This document shows, one piece after another, positions 22,337 to 35,293 of a stretch of DNA of 64,000 nucleotides. The stretch is from positions 1,263,924-1,327,923 of the forward strand of contig NMRA01000043.1 of assembly GCA_002633005.1 (NCBI GenBank). Direction: 5' to 3'. How positions within the stretch are numbered: the first letter of the stretch is position 1; each line of letters begins with the position of its first letter. A program made the position numbers and the translations under genes. Source of the stretch: Phoronis australis (taxonomy: Eukaryota > Animalia > Phoronida). Under the pieces are notes generated by a model. That model was not told where the DNA came from. It was given only the letters and a program-made list of their open reading frames with translations, and made no database searches.

Positions 22337-25300
22337 ATGGCGTCTGTGTGGACAACAAGGAGGGTCCTCCTTGCTCTTCTCATGTTTGTCACTGGCTCTA
22401 TCAATAGCTTGTCAACCAAGTAAGTGTCCAGTAGCTTGCTTCCAGGGGTTACAGGATGATTTCGTGGTAGTGGTCCATTATGAGTGACCCGCATTTAAAG
22501 AGATTAAATTAAAATAGTTTTAATACAAATCTTAAGATAATCTTCAGCATCTTGTAAACTCTGCATGCAACAATATTGAAGTGATGATGTTGGTTGAATG
22601 GTGAGTGAGTCAAAACAACAGGCTATTGTTCAAACATGCGTAGTCTGAGTATGTCATTATTAGTTTGAGTCAATGCATTAGACTGACTGGCCGTTGAGCG
22701 TATAGTCTCAGTCTTATTGAGAGTGAAACGCAGAACAAGATGACGGAAACTTGTCCATTGTCATGGTAACAACATCACGTATCATTGTTATTGCATTGCC
22801 AGAGAAAACCAAATATGTCTACAGGTATTTTGCAAAATTATTTAGTCCAAAAGTTGGTCATATATGAACCAACTATCACCATTTTTTGATATGGCTCTGA
22901 GTTGGTGCTTGTACCAATCTGGGCTTGACTATTTTGTGTACTTTCTGGGTTTTCCAAAAGGGGGCACCAAATGCAAAATTGTGAACAACTTCAGAGAGGG
23001 AGGGGGGGGGGGGCATGAATGAGTAGTAAATTGAAGATACCATACAATGAAAAGGAGGCCAAATGCAAAATTGAAATCAATTTCAACTGGAAGGAGGCCT
23101 TTTTGCAATGAAAGTGGGTCATGGACCTTCTATGTCTACCTTATAGGAATGTCAATGAACACGGGATATTTGAAAGGGGAATATTGCTTTGTGACTGCAA
23201 TTGTGTTGGTTAGAAAGAATGATTGCCACACTATTCAGTGTGATATAGTAAGGACATACAAACATGACTTAATTTGCCTTTGCTGGTGTCTGGGATAAGC
23301 ATATCTGTATATTTTACAGGTGGGCTGACAAATCGGAAGCAGCAGGGTCGGATGGCACTGTTAGACCATTTGATCATCCGTTTCTTCAGGTACGTTTTAA
23401 TGATTTTTCCTTGTATAGTTGGTAATGTGCTTAAAATTCTTGAGTGCCCAAATTATTGTTATCAGTAGAGTTGTTTAAGAATTCAATATTGTCCCTTTCA
23501 GGCTGTTGGTATGTTTATTGGAGAGATGTCCTGCCTTTTTGCCTTCCATATTATTCGAATTTACAAGAACCACAAGCAGATACCACAAGACATCGGTGAC
23601 CAGAGTTTCAACCCTCTCATCTTCCTACCTCCTGCTCTCTGTGACATGTGTGGTACTTCCCTCATGTATCTCGGCTTGAACTTCACCCATGTCTCAAGCT
23701 TCCAAATGTTGAGAGGTTTGTATAAGATCTGAAGGTGGCAGCACTGTAGTTGCAATGGGTGTGTAAATACATGCGAAGGAATATCATCTCTAGCTAAGCA
23801 AATAATCAGACTATATATAGTCAGACAACTTAATTCTAGAAGGTTGTATAAACTTCAACTTGTACCGGTTAGTTATCAGAGGCATCGGAGGCTAAATTTT
23901 GATTAATTTTGTTGAATAAATGGTGGAATATTGTCACTTAATGTCGAGGAACATGCCATCAGACGTATATGGTAAATATTTCCAGTGTGGGACAGTCTCT
24001 ATTTGAGATACCAACATTCAAGCTCAAATTGAATTTTTGTGATTGTGAATATTGAGAATTGGGCGAATTTGGTGTTGATCATATTCCTCAAGTATTGAAC
24101 TCTGTGTTGCGCATCAACATTGTCTGAAAATACAGTTCATAAATTCATCACAAATGGCCGCCTGTGCATCCCATTAGAACATTGTTCAGTGATCACAATT
24201 ATTGATTTTAAGTTGGCTAAAGTTGCCTATTTTTAAAATATTGTACAACCTACTACTTCGAGTGAAACAATTAATTTTTACGCTGCATCAAACTTTAGTT
24301 AATAATAATTTTTATTGTAACTTGAGTTGAGAACCGTCCTGCAGTTGTAGCTTGAGGTGTTACCATATGGTAAAGTCGTGGGATTTTCGAGCGGCCTGCC
24401 ATTAGGTAAGAAATTTTGCAGTTATGTAGATTAGTAGCCCCGTTAATTAAATATTGACTATGTATGGCACAAATTAATTATTGACACTGTTCAGAAGTTA
24501 ATCGTCATAGTGTAAGTATTCAGATTAGAAATTATTCAGTCGAAAGGATTTCTTGGTTTGAGAAGAGCTGACAGGTTGTCATTGCTTATGACTAAGCTTA
24601 TGAAATTTGCTCATCTGAGTGTTAGAGTTTCAGCTGCAGAGGCAGGATGCCGCCACGAACTTCCAGAATTTTACAAGTTTATATGGCTCAGTTCAAACAT
24701 GGAGACACTTCTTTGGAATGCATGAGTGTAAATTTTCCTGTGAAGAAAGTTTAATTGTTTGTTTTAACACCAGAAAAGTGTTCATATACTGTTAGCGGCT
24801 TTAATTTAATTTGTAATTAACTTTTGGTCCAAGATCACCACCTTGTAACAAACAAATTGCTGTCGTTGTTGCATCCAATTGGAGCTGGATAATAATGTAC
24901 TATTGTGTTGGAGGTGGAATACCTACTAAGCATTTTACATCAGGTACAACAAGCAGGTTGAGGTGTTGTTCATTTGGATTCATGTAGCTTGTAAAATATT
25001 CATGTTGAGATTTGCTGGTTGTCATGGCAACCTGTCTTTATAGCCGCATGAATAACTGGCAGTTTAGGGGCGGCCCACTGGTGGGTTAGCCTGGGTCGTT
25101 GAGACGCTGTTAAGGCGGCATGTATTCAGTCTTCAAAAACCAAATGTCTCGTGACAATGTTCTAAAGGCAACCTTGACCTTTGCATTTCAGGGGCAGTTA
25201 TCTTCTTCACAGCTCTCTTGTCTGTCGCCTTTTTGGGTCGTACGATCAAGACGTTTATGTGGATTGGGATTGCCTGGGTGATCGCCGGCCTGGTATTGGT

Positions 25301-28300
25301 TGGCCTGTCAGATATACTGTTTACAGACTCCAAGGACGCTGACATCAATGGAATCTTAACAGGTGATTCATGTTTAAGCCTCTCAGACGGCCAGTTAAAC
25401 CACAGCTCCCTCATGTGGAGAAAACTATGTTGTTCTGCATGTTCTTACATTTGTTCAGTGAATATCTGGTTATATATTTAATATTATGCAGCTTTAAAAA
25501 TAGGAAGTAATGGACTGGTGTGACTTGATATTTGGTAGAGCTATTTCTGGTGGGACTGTGTGAAATTGAGCAGACAGGATATTTTTCACGCAGACGAAAA
25601 TTTATGTATCTTTAAGTTTCATGTTTCCGGTTCCTTTCATTAGCATCTCTTCTCAAACTAATGTTGCATTGAGCTGGTGTGCGTGACGTCATGACGAGAG
25701 CCTGTGACTCTTTGGTTGACTAGGTTTCAATATGCAAGAGCTGTAAGTTAATCATATCTCGATGGCCCAAAATTGCAGACGTTATCTCTGATGTCGTCTG
25801 CAGGTGATTTGCTGATTATCATGGCTCAAGTCATTGTGGCTCTACAGATGGTTGTGGAAGAAAAGTTTTTGTACAAGTATGAGGTGCCCGCACTGCAGGC
25901 AGTTGGCTGGGAAGGTATGTTATGTTACCGCACAATTAATTATTTATGTTACTTGCGTGTAACTTATTTTGATTTTGCTCTGTGGCATCTTTCCCACTAG
26001 GTTGATTGCAGTTAAGTACTAAAAATTTGCCTTATGTGATCGAGGCATTTCTTTATTTTTACTGTGAAAACTCGAGGTATGTCACTTAAAGACAATGTGT
26101 TTAACACCCTAAGGTCAGTGTTAAGGAAGCTATTTAGTGAGAATTATTCAAAAGATTGTAGGCACACTGTTCTGTTGTAACTGTAGACATTTTCATCCAT
26201 GTAGCTTGTCGTTTTCAGGTGTGTTTGGATTCCTTGTTCTGGGACTACTGTGTATCCCCATGTACTATATCCCCGTGGGATCGTTTAGCCACAACCCTCA
26301 TGGCCGCCTGGAGGATGTTGTAGATGCGTTTACACAAATGGGTAACAACCCGATCATTGTTGTAGCCACTGTGGGTAAGCATCTCTTCTTTTTACATCAT
26401 ACTCCCTGTATAATGTTATTCTATTTTGGTAATCACGGCTGTTCAGAAAGCAAAAAATGTACATTTAGTTCAGACATCAGTTACGTAACGCCAGATATGT
26501 CTTGCCATCAACAGTATCAGTGGCAGTGTTGCTCTGTACAGGGTTCCTACATTTCTAGTATCAGTATATTTATTGTGACTGATCCTCTTCTTAAACGCAT
26601 CCTCTTAGTTTTGGTTTTATTTTTAGAAGTGTTTGTAATAGCATGCTTCTCTGAAATTGAGTCACATTATTGAAACACAATGTAGTAATTTGCCTGATAG
26701 TTGCACTTTACTAAGAAAAGTCAAGAAGCCTGTGCATAATGTGCTTAGTTGACTTAGAGTAATCTTGTCTCTTCTGCTTACTAGCCCACCAATGAACCAT
26801 GGCTAACCTGCAAAGTAGACCCTTTAACACATTCATCTTGGCAGACACCAATTACCTTTCCCACATAAGCTGAACACTGATGCAATAGTTCTATTGCTCT
26901 TCTTGTCAGGAGCAATGGATACTGATCAGGTGCAGAAAATCTTGCTCTGAAGTTTACCAGTAATGTGTGGCAACAGATAATTACTCAGAGTCTGTATAAT
27001 GGTCACTTTCCTCAGCATATCATTGCTGTTACCGTCTGTTGTGTATAGTCAAGTGATGAGAACTATAATGGTGAATTTATGATTATAATCTACAGGGGGT
27101 TTATTCATGAATGAGAGCTGTGAAGTATAGAACCCCAAAAGTGATAAGCTCGCATTCCATAAAAGAGACTTGTAAGCATTGATTTAGACCAGTCACTAAA
27201 ATTTGTTCCTTAATCAGTTGAGAATTGATTTTTGGCCTTGCAAAAGCTGACATATTGTGATATCTTGGGATAATACTCACCGAATGCAATGAAATGCTGT
27301 GCACGTCACGTCGAAATAATAATAAATCTTTGGCTGTAAAAACAAATTTTTGTTTTTTATCCCAAATTGAAGCATTTTTTGTAATTTGTAAACCATTTTG
27401 TGACATTTGTCATTTAGTTTGCTTTAAAACAATGGATTTGTTGCATTTGTTGGACTTGCCAATTAAAAATCTTCTAAAAATGAAAAGTGAAATTTGGATA
27501 TGGCTTGTTGAAAAATTATGCACCAAAAATCAATGCATTTTGTTTTGTAAAACTGAAAATTGAGCTTTGACCAAGCCTGGTTGAGTTGTAATTAGCCTGG
27601 TTCAGTTGTAACTAGCCTGGCTGAATATAAATGTCATGGCATATTTTACTTCCTTAAAGGCGAAGGCAACCTTTTTCCATGTCATTTTGAGCTAAGATAA
27701 GGTTGGTTGGTTATCCTAGACATATTTTCCACTTAATTACAGCTTTTCGTAATTTTATAAATTACTCGTCCGCTACTCCGGAAGTGACGTTTTAGGAGGC
27801 AAGCGGTTCCCGCCATTTGGTTTTGCGTTGACTTTACCGTGCGAATCTGTTCTATTCTACTTTTGTTTTGTGTTGTTTTTCAACAATTGTTGCCACCACT
27901 TCCCATCGGCGAGTATTCTGCAGCAAGATAGGTTAGTAGAAAACTCAACTACGTTGGATTTAGGGATTGTTTGGTGTGTTGTAAGTCGGTGACCCGTATT
28001 ACAGGGACAGTAGTGTGAGTGACGGAGACCTTGTTCACAGCAGTGGTGACGAGGAATTTTTTCACGGACATTCAGTGGGTGGGTACATGTTTGAGCCCGA
28101 GTATAACGAGGCAGAGTACGCACAGGCACAGGCAGCTGTTGAGAGAAACGAGGCGGCTACTGAGGACAGACGTGGTGACACATCTTGGTGCAAATACACT
28201 GTGTGCGTTGTTATGCCTACCTCAATGGAATGCTTGTGCGGTTCAGAGTTCGACGAGGCCAAGCCACTACTGGACATGGTTAAGTGGACCTCCGGCATAC

Positions 28301-31284
28301 CACGGACAGAGGAACAACTGTCCCACTTGCCAGAGCGTCCCGCGACACACAGGCTCCCACTGGATGGTGACCTGAGCACCCAAACTTGTTACACCGTGTT
28401 GTGTGACTCCCTCGCCACACACCTGGCACCTTCTAAATAGCTCCAACACTTTAGACAAGTCCACAATAAACTTATCAAAGTTTGGCTCACCGATCTGTTC
28501 ACTGGACGACGAACTGTCCTCTTCACTGGGTGTCGAACTGAGCCTGTTATCACTCCCACTCATTATCGCTGCAGGGCTGCTTAGAGGCTCTGGGGTGGTG
28601 AAAACAGCACAGGGCGAATCACTACTGGTTCCAGGAATTGCACGCTCTGGGGTACGTTCGGAGGCACGGGTGACAGTAGATGAAGTGCCTCCACTGGCTC
28701 CAGTCACTGTACTGGCCACAGCTCGCGAGGCTTCTCGCTTAAAAAACGCACTTCTCGGGGGTGGCGACGGGGCACTGCCGGGAATCAACACAGACGGAAT
28801 GGCATCCTTCTTGAGACGTTGTTTTGCAGTGACCTTCATCAGTTCAGCGTACAAATCCCTTTCGTAATCGGACGGCAGAAAGTGCTTGCCACACACAGGG
28901 TAATTCTCCACTGCTTTGTACGTTGCGTGGACGGGTAACGCTGCGTTCTTCACACGAACGAGCCAAGTACGGCGAAGTGTGTCATCCCTGATCGGAAAGC
29001 GATGCAAAGGTACTCCCAAAGCGTGCGTGAGCCGATAGTACATCCTGGTACGCAGCAACAGTGTGGCATGTTGACTGACTAGTAAATGAAAGCAAACGAT
29101 GACGGAACTTAACACAACCGAGGTAGAACAATGACTGACGCGGCAGCTCTCACAGTCAGACTATATGAAAAGAAATTGGCGCGAAATGCTTGCCTCCTAA
29201 AACGTCACTTCCGGAGTAGCGGACGAGTAATTAATAAAATTTTAAAAAAGCTGTAATTAAGTGGAAAATATGTCTAGGATAACCAACCAACCTTATTTTA
29301 GCTCAAAATGACATGGAAAAAGGTTGCCTTTGCCTTTAAGTTCCTAAAATCACAAGTTAAAGCAAGCTAAGTGATGAGGTGGGACGGTTGCATTATAAGT
29401 ACATTACAGATTTTACTAATTGTTGTTTTGCTACTTTTGTTGCTGATGTTGTCATTGTTGTACAGGTAATATTGTCAGTATTGCATTCTTCAACTTCTCT
29501 GGAATCAGTGTCACTAAAGAGATCAGTGCGACCACCCGCATGGTGCTGGACAGTCTGCGGACGGTGGCCATCTGGGCAGTGTCACTCATTGTCGGCTGGC
29601 AGCTTTTTCAGTATTTACAAGTTATTGGTAGGTCTTTTGCTGAGGACTTATTTTTCTGTGCATTGACATAGTTACAGCTAAGATTCCACAAATATCAGTA
29701 AGGCTGAAACTGCGGTGTGCTTTCCGTTTTTAGTAGGCATGAGCAGGCTAAGTAATGTGAAGAATAAATTAAGTTGTAACATATGTTAAAAAATTTATCC
29801 TAAGCTTTTTACTAAAGGCTGATGAAACTGATTGTGATTAAAACATGAGATAAGGTCATTTCCATTGTACAAAAGACACAGAATTTTAAACCCTCTCTTG
29901 AATGGTGTTTGGTTCTTAAAATGAATTCAACTTCACAAAATAGTTCATTGCTATATTGAGCAGCATAACATAGATCTCATCTGCTGTTTAGCACAGCTTG
30001 TGGAGTTATATGTTTGCTGTATTCATGGCCCAGAATAAGCCGCCAGGGTAGAAAGTACTACGATCAGGTATTGAAACACAGTGACATCACCGGGGCCAAC
30101 TTTGCCAGACTCTAGGGTGTTTATCGAACAGTGGCACGATATAGGGTAAAGTGAAAACGCGCATTTTAAAATTAGATTGTGTCTGATAACTATTAATCAT
30201 ACCTCGTTGGCTATTTTTTTGCACCCGCTAGATTAACTTTCCAACGATTAAACGACGGGGAAAGACAAGAATTCAGGAATTAAAGATCATTATTCCTATA
30301 TGAAGTTAATAACCTTGATCATCGTCCATTACTTCACTGTTCCCATGTTGCTAAATTTTGTGCCATAACACAATCTATTGAAAAATTATACACTACACAA
30401 ACATGGCATAATACATTGTCCAAGAACATTGGTTAACTAGCTGGTCAGATGTTGACATTGTGATTTATTTTGCAGGATTCCTGCTCTTAACCGTGGGTAT
30501 GTTTGTGTATAATGACATCTTGATTGTGCCGATGATGAGGAAGTATGGGATTATACGACCAGATGCAGAGAACAGTGAGGAGAGACAGTCATTGATAGCT
30601 GAAAAGCAAGGGGGTAGGTGTGAGATGAGTGGAAGGGGTCTGTTTAGCCAGACATTGTGTTATAATGGTGTAATTATGGACAATGATGGCTGATGGGGGG
30701 GGGGTGNGTAAGGGATGGAGCAGTTTGCAGTGGTGGGCCACACATACTAAGATGGCCATTGCCAGATTTGTAAGGGGCTCTGCATAACAAGGGTGTTACT
30801 TTAGATCATTGTGTCGAAGACTGGTGAACCTAGCTATTGTGTGACTCGGCATTTGACATGATTGAGAGGATCAGTGGTTTCATTTATCTGACAGTGTAAT
30901 TAACGAAATATGAACATTCAGTAAAGGCGAAGGATTTGGTATTTTGTAGTCTGTACTATCTAAAATTATTGGCAGTGTGCGTGAACATTGTGATTGCGTA
31001 GCTGTGTTATTACTGACAGACATCCATTTCTGTTCCCTGTTTAATTTAAGAAGCCTTTCATAAAAGTTAGCTGCTCTGCTATTGGTGGCCATCAGATCTT
31101 AACTGGTAGGAAGAATGTTTCCCAGTCAAACATGGAGTATTAAACATAATCTGAAAGAAGGAATCTTAATCATGATCGTCAATGTTCTCGGCTGTTGAAT
31201 GATGTCAGGCTGTTCTACTAAAAACTTAAGTTATGCATGCATCAGTGACTCTGTAACTAAATAATATTTTCAGAAATCCAGTAG
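22337..31284 (+). CDS. SLC35F6: Solute carrier family 35 member F6 (DMT / nucleotide-sugar transporter-like)
   Basis: Exons 22337-22419 (MASVWTTRRVLLALLMFVTGSINSLSTK), 23320-23389 (WAD...FDHPFLQ), 23502-23715 (AVGMFIGEMSCL...FLPPALCDMCGTSLMYLGL...SSFQMLRG), 25192-25362, 25804-25914 (GDLLIIMAQVIVALQMVVEEKF...AVGWEG), 26219-26374, 29466-29627 (SIAFFNFSGISVTKEISATTRMVLDSLRT), 30476-30613, and a probable tiny last coding exon 31274-31284 (EIQ*). Confidence 0.95.
28015..28280 (+). pseudogene. Truncated Kolobok accessory protein KolX (P2X7 ballast / Zn-Cys-domain-like)
   Basis: GYMFEPEY...RRGDTSWCKYTVCVVMPTSMECLCGSE resembles the family pattern PYxFEP...RxxxxxWCxCxxCxxMPTxxECxCCxE with two Cys lost; it breaks off at the deletion junction. 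Confidence 0.7.
28270..29069 (-). pseudogene. Frameshifted THAP-domain transposase N-terminus (catalytic DDE region deleted)
   Basis: ATG at 29069 gives MPHCCCVPGC; a frameshift leads into LHRFP...RRTWL...VCGKHF...LKKDAIPSV (THAP C2CH and AVPS-like motif), then KFIVDLSKVLELFRRCQVC; a second frameshift gives CVAGRSGKWDS...RGMPEVHL. Confidence 0.8.
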
Positions 31285-32899
31285 AAGGGTCAAGATTATC
31301 TGATTTACGAGATATGGATCATCGATTGATCGCAGAATGTCAAGAGACTGTTTCAAAAGGTCGGAGGTGGGCAGATTCCATCACATGCTAGAATACAAAT
31401 TATGGACAATGTTTGCCAAACAATACAAACTCAGGTGTTTCATGTGAATTTTGTATTGCGTGGTTTGAATTTGTGTCTCGTGTGCCTTGTTTTTCTTTGT
31501 GGAAGTCATTCCGGCTATTAGCTCTTTAAACCTGGATGCTGTCAAAAGAAACTTAACTGAGGCCACTTGCTGTCATCCAGTCTCAGCTTGTGATTTCTGG
31601 ACTTGATAAAAGGTTGCAGCATGATTTCTTAATGCCTGTACGCACTCCTGTCGATGAGGTGAATTGACCATTTCGTTTTTTGTAAATTTTAAAAAATGTG
31701 CAATTTATAATTATAGCTTTTGATTTTGTGGCCAGGTGTACAAAGTGCTGAAGAAAAATTACTGTTCAAAATTGGCAAAACCGTCAATTAATTAAGAGGC
31801 TGAAAATGTCTGAGAGATTATCAAGGTAATGTTTTGTTAAAGACTGTTAATGTCATCTTAAATGACTGGCTTCAGGTACCGGTAATAATTTAAAGAATTG
31901 TCAAGAACAGTAATGATTTCCGAACATTGCTTTACTGTTTCACATAATTATGTCTCCATCAATATGAATCACAAACTTTTAGTTAAAGCTGCACACGAAC
32001 TTGTTTTAACTGGCTAAAATGAAAATCGAACTAGGCTTTTTACTCTGTCTGGATATTCCTTACAATGATAGAATTCTGTTTTTGAACATCCAAACCATCA
32101 GTGACTAATTAGAAAATGTCTGAGAGTTTATCGAGGTTGGCCAACCATGTGGAAATTTGAAAATGAAGCATGGAGTTGTTGCTGTTGACTCGAGTTAGGA
32201 AAATACAATCATGTCACAGTAAGGAATTTGTTTGAGATTAGAAGGCCGATAAGATTTTTGTTTTTCAACCACGTAAACGGATTGTGCAGCTGTTGTACTG
32301 TTAATTATCTTGTTTTATTTTGCTTGTTTGTTGTTTTAGTTTTTCCAAATTATTTTTAATAACCAGTTTAATTACTCAGAGATTTGCTTATTTTGATTAC
32401 GTAGTTGATATGTACTGCGATCATAATGTAAGGTCGTGATTGTCTTTTAATAAGTTGTCATTTATCTCAACTGTTGGTTTCTGGACCTATTTGTTATTGC
32501 ATTAAGTGTGGCGAGACAGTATGCAACTGTTGTGATTTTCTGTCCCCATAACTCTCAGAATTCATATCTGTTGTGAATGTGCAGGCCACTTTGAAGAACC
32601 AGGCTTCACACAATTGTTTTGAAGATTATCAGCGCACGATTAAAATTCAAGCTGGTTATTCCACTTTTTTCTGTGATCAAAGTATGCAGAATATTTGGTA
32701 TGGATTGGTAGTGACAAGTTTTTCAGTCTAATTTTATGCATAGACTTTTTTACTTTTTAAAGGAATTGTTTTTCTATTGCGATCATTGAAGTCTATTCTT
32801 ATGCGCAAGTTTTTTAATATGTATTGTAATCTAGTGTATTTTTTAATTTGTAATTTGGATTTTGTTCTTTGATTAGAGCCAGCCTACATTGCCTCATGA

Positions 32900-33045
32900 G
32901 CTTCTGTGCGTGTCGACACAGTGTAACTAGGCAACTTCCTATCGGTCTTCTGTGTGTGTCGACACAGTGTAAATAGGCAGCTTCATATCAGTCTTCTGTG
33001 TGTGTCGACACAGTGTAACTAGGCAGCTTCATATCAGTCCTCTGT
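32900..33045. repeat. 46-bp tandem repeat x3
   Basis: GTCGACACAGTGTAA at 32912, 32958 and 33004. Confidence 0.9.
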
Positions 33046-33191
33046 TGTGATGTTAAAAACACCAGGACCATAACTTTGTTTTCATTGACCGTACGCATGA
33101 TATACAAGCTTGCACAGGTGGCGCTAGGAGTGAGGTTATTCCCGTTTACATTACAATGAATCCAGCTACTTCTGCAGGCAGTATTTCTTGC

Positions 33192-33661
33192 ATATGACCA
33201 CTGAATAGAAGACAGTGTACATGTATGACCACTGAATAGAAGATGGTGTACATATATGACCACTGAATAGAAGACTGTACATGTATGACCACTGAATAGA
33301 AGACAGTGTACATGTATGACCACTGAATAGAAGACTGTACATGTATGACCAATGAATAGAAGACAGTGTACATGTATGACCACCGAATAGACGATAGTGT
33401 ACATGTATGACCACTGAATAGAAGACGGTGTACATGTATGGCCACTGAATAGAAGACGGTGTACATGTATGACCACGGAATAGAAGACGGCGTACATGTA
33501 TGACCACCGAATAGAAGACAGTGTACATGTATGACCACTGAATAGAAGACAGTGTACATGTATGACCACTGAATAGAAGATAGTGTACATGTATGACCAC
33601 TGAATAGAAGACAGTGTACATGTATGGCCACGGAATAGAAGATAGTGTACATGTATGGCCA
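33192..33661. repeat. ~31-bp minisatellite (GTGTACATGTATGACCACTGAATAGAAGACA)n, about 15 copies
   Basis: Direct reading; source of the spurious SVVIHVH ORFs. Confidence 0.95.
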
Positions 33662-34571
33662 TGAAATTTTTGTGTAAGGTTGCAACACTACACAGAGTAT
33701 ACAGGCTACATAGCATTATGTTTCTCAGACTTTGAAGTCCTACAACTCACCTGTCCTTCAACTTATACAATGAAGTCAGCTGAAGCAGCTCCATAGCCAG
33801 CATTTTGCAATACCACGATGCAACTGTTGTGGATTATCCAGGTGCATAATACAGAGAATGAAGATTATTGTGTTTTGATTCCATTGCACACAGAGTTTTA
33901 TTTTAGTACGCTGAATATTACCAGATGGTTATAAACATTGCTTTCAAGATCTTACAAAACTAAGCTTTTTCAAATTCATACAAAACATGAAAAATAAGTA
34001 TCACTAGATTAAATATTAAAATTCTAAATTCATGCACAAAATAATTATTAACAATCGACTTTGCACACAAGAAGTGCACACTTAAATACACCTGCCAATT
34101 CTTCAACTAAAATGCATAATAATAATAAAAATTGCTAACTCTTCATTTTTTCAGGATACCTGTGAGTAGCCACATCTCACATGAGACATTAGCCAAATAA
34201 TACATGGCATTTGAACCTGTCAAAGGTCACTTTTAATGAGAAACAAGAAGTGCAGCATATTTTGACGACAATTGGTGTGAATTTAAAGTAGTCCTGCCAG
34301 TTAAACATTAATTACAACAATCCTTTCAAATAAAATGTCAAAATGAACTAAAAAATCACATGACAAAATGTCAACTGGTATCTTGTAATGACCACAAATA
34401 TAAGAAGATTGCAACACAACTACAATGTCAACACTAATATCGTTTAAGACAAACTAAAACATTCCTCTAAAGCTACTGATAAGTTAACACATGAGTAGCT
34501 GTAGTATTTGTAGAGTACACAGCCATTAATGGAGAACATTGCTCATTTAAAGGTCTGGAGCATCTGACGGG

Positions 34572-34860
34572 AAACCCAGCACTTCTCAGTCCTACCAAAC
34601 TTATAACTGTACAAATGTCCAGCAGTGCACCCAGCACCTCAGACCATTACAGTTATATCAAACTTTTAGTGTACAAATGTCTGGCAGTACACCCAGCACC
34701 TCTCAGACCATTACAGCGAAACCACACTTATAACTACAAATGTCCAGCAGTACACCAAGTACCTCTCATACCATTACAGTTATGTCACACTTATAACTGT
34801 ACAAATGTCCGGCAGTACACCCAGCACCTCTAAGACCATTACAGTTATACCACACGAACT
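34572..34860. repeat. ~63-bp tandem repeat, about 4.5 copies, in the inferred 3' UTR of the lectin gene
   Basis: TACAAATGTC..GCAGT(A/G)CACC at about 34610, 34672, 34735 and 34800; a minus-strand AATAAA lies near 33897. Confidence 0.85.
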
Positions 34861-35293
34861 GCAAAATCCTAGTCTGACAGTAGACCCTTAACTAGCACGC
34901 ACATAATTCACAGTACAAAATACTGAACAAAGAATTCTACGGGTACACAATTTTTGTGTCATAATATCATATTACAAAAATATACATACTAGTAGAATCC
35001 AATTACTACAGGAATTACATCCAAACTATAAATAGCACTCAAGTCAATTTGATCAGCCACAGCCGACTTCAGAGTCACCTAGTGGCATGTGTTGACACCC
35101 TTCCTTGATGACACAAACATGGAGGACCCAGCCAACTCTAGTCCAGTCATACACTAACAAATGTTCCCTAACTCCTTGTTCAAGTTCACCCCTAGCCGTG
35201 CATATTGCTTTGATCACAACCTGCCTCCAAGCCTTACACTTTAACAACCAATATATGCCAACTATACCAGTCATCACAACAGCCACTCTGTAT

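Larger units (their letters stand above)
27658..29335. mobile_element. Kolobok-superfamily DNA transposon, internally deleted (1678 bp), in an SLC35F6 intron
   Basis: TTAA TSDs at 27654-27657 and 29336-29339; termini AGGCG.../...TGCCT; ~147-bp near-perfect TIRs (27658-27804 and 29188-29335); two convergent ORFs (THAP-transposase N-terminus and KolX), the typical Kolobok layout. Confidence 0.88.

Noticed and set aside
22581-22648. Intronic C/D-box snoRNA (GTGATGA...CTGA)
   Set aside because: No terminal stem and no recognisable rRNA-complementary guide; such boxes arise by chance.
28267-29115. 282-aa THAP ORF as a domesticated host THAP gene
   Set aside because: It lies between TIRs with a TTAA TSD, lacks the first two THAP cysteines in frame (frameshift) and is truncated by a deletion.
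31983-32291. Second Kolobok-type MITE (TTAA|AGCTGCACA...TGTGCAGCT)
   Set aside because: Only a 9-bp inverted match and the right TTAA is missing; too weak to call.
32988-33716. 242-aa, 180-aa and 151-aa ORFs
   Set aside because: All three frames of a stop-free ~31-bp minisatellite; no coding signature.
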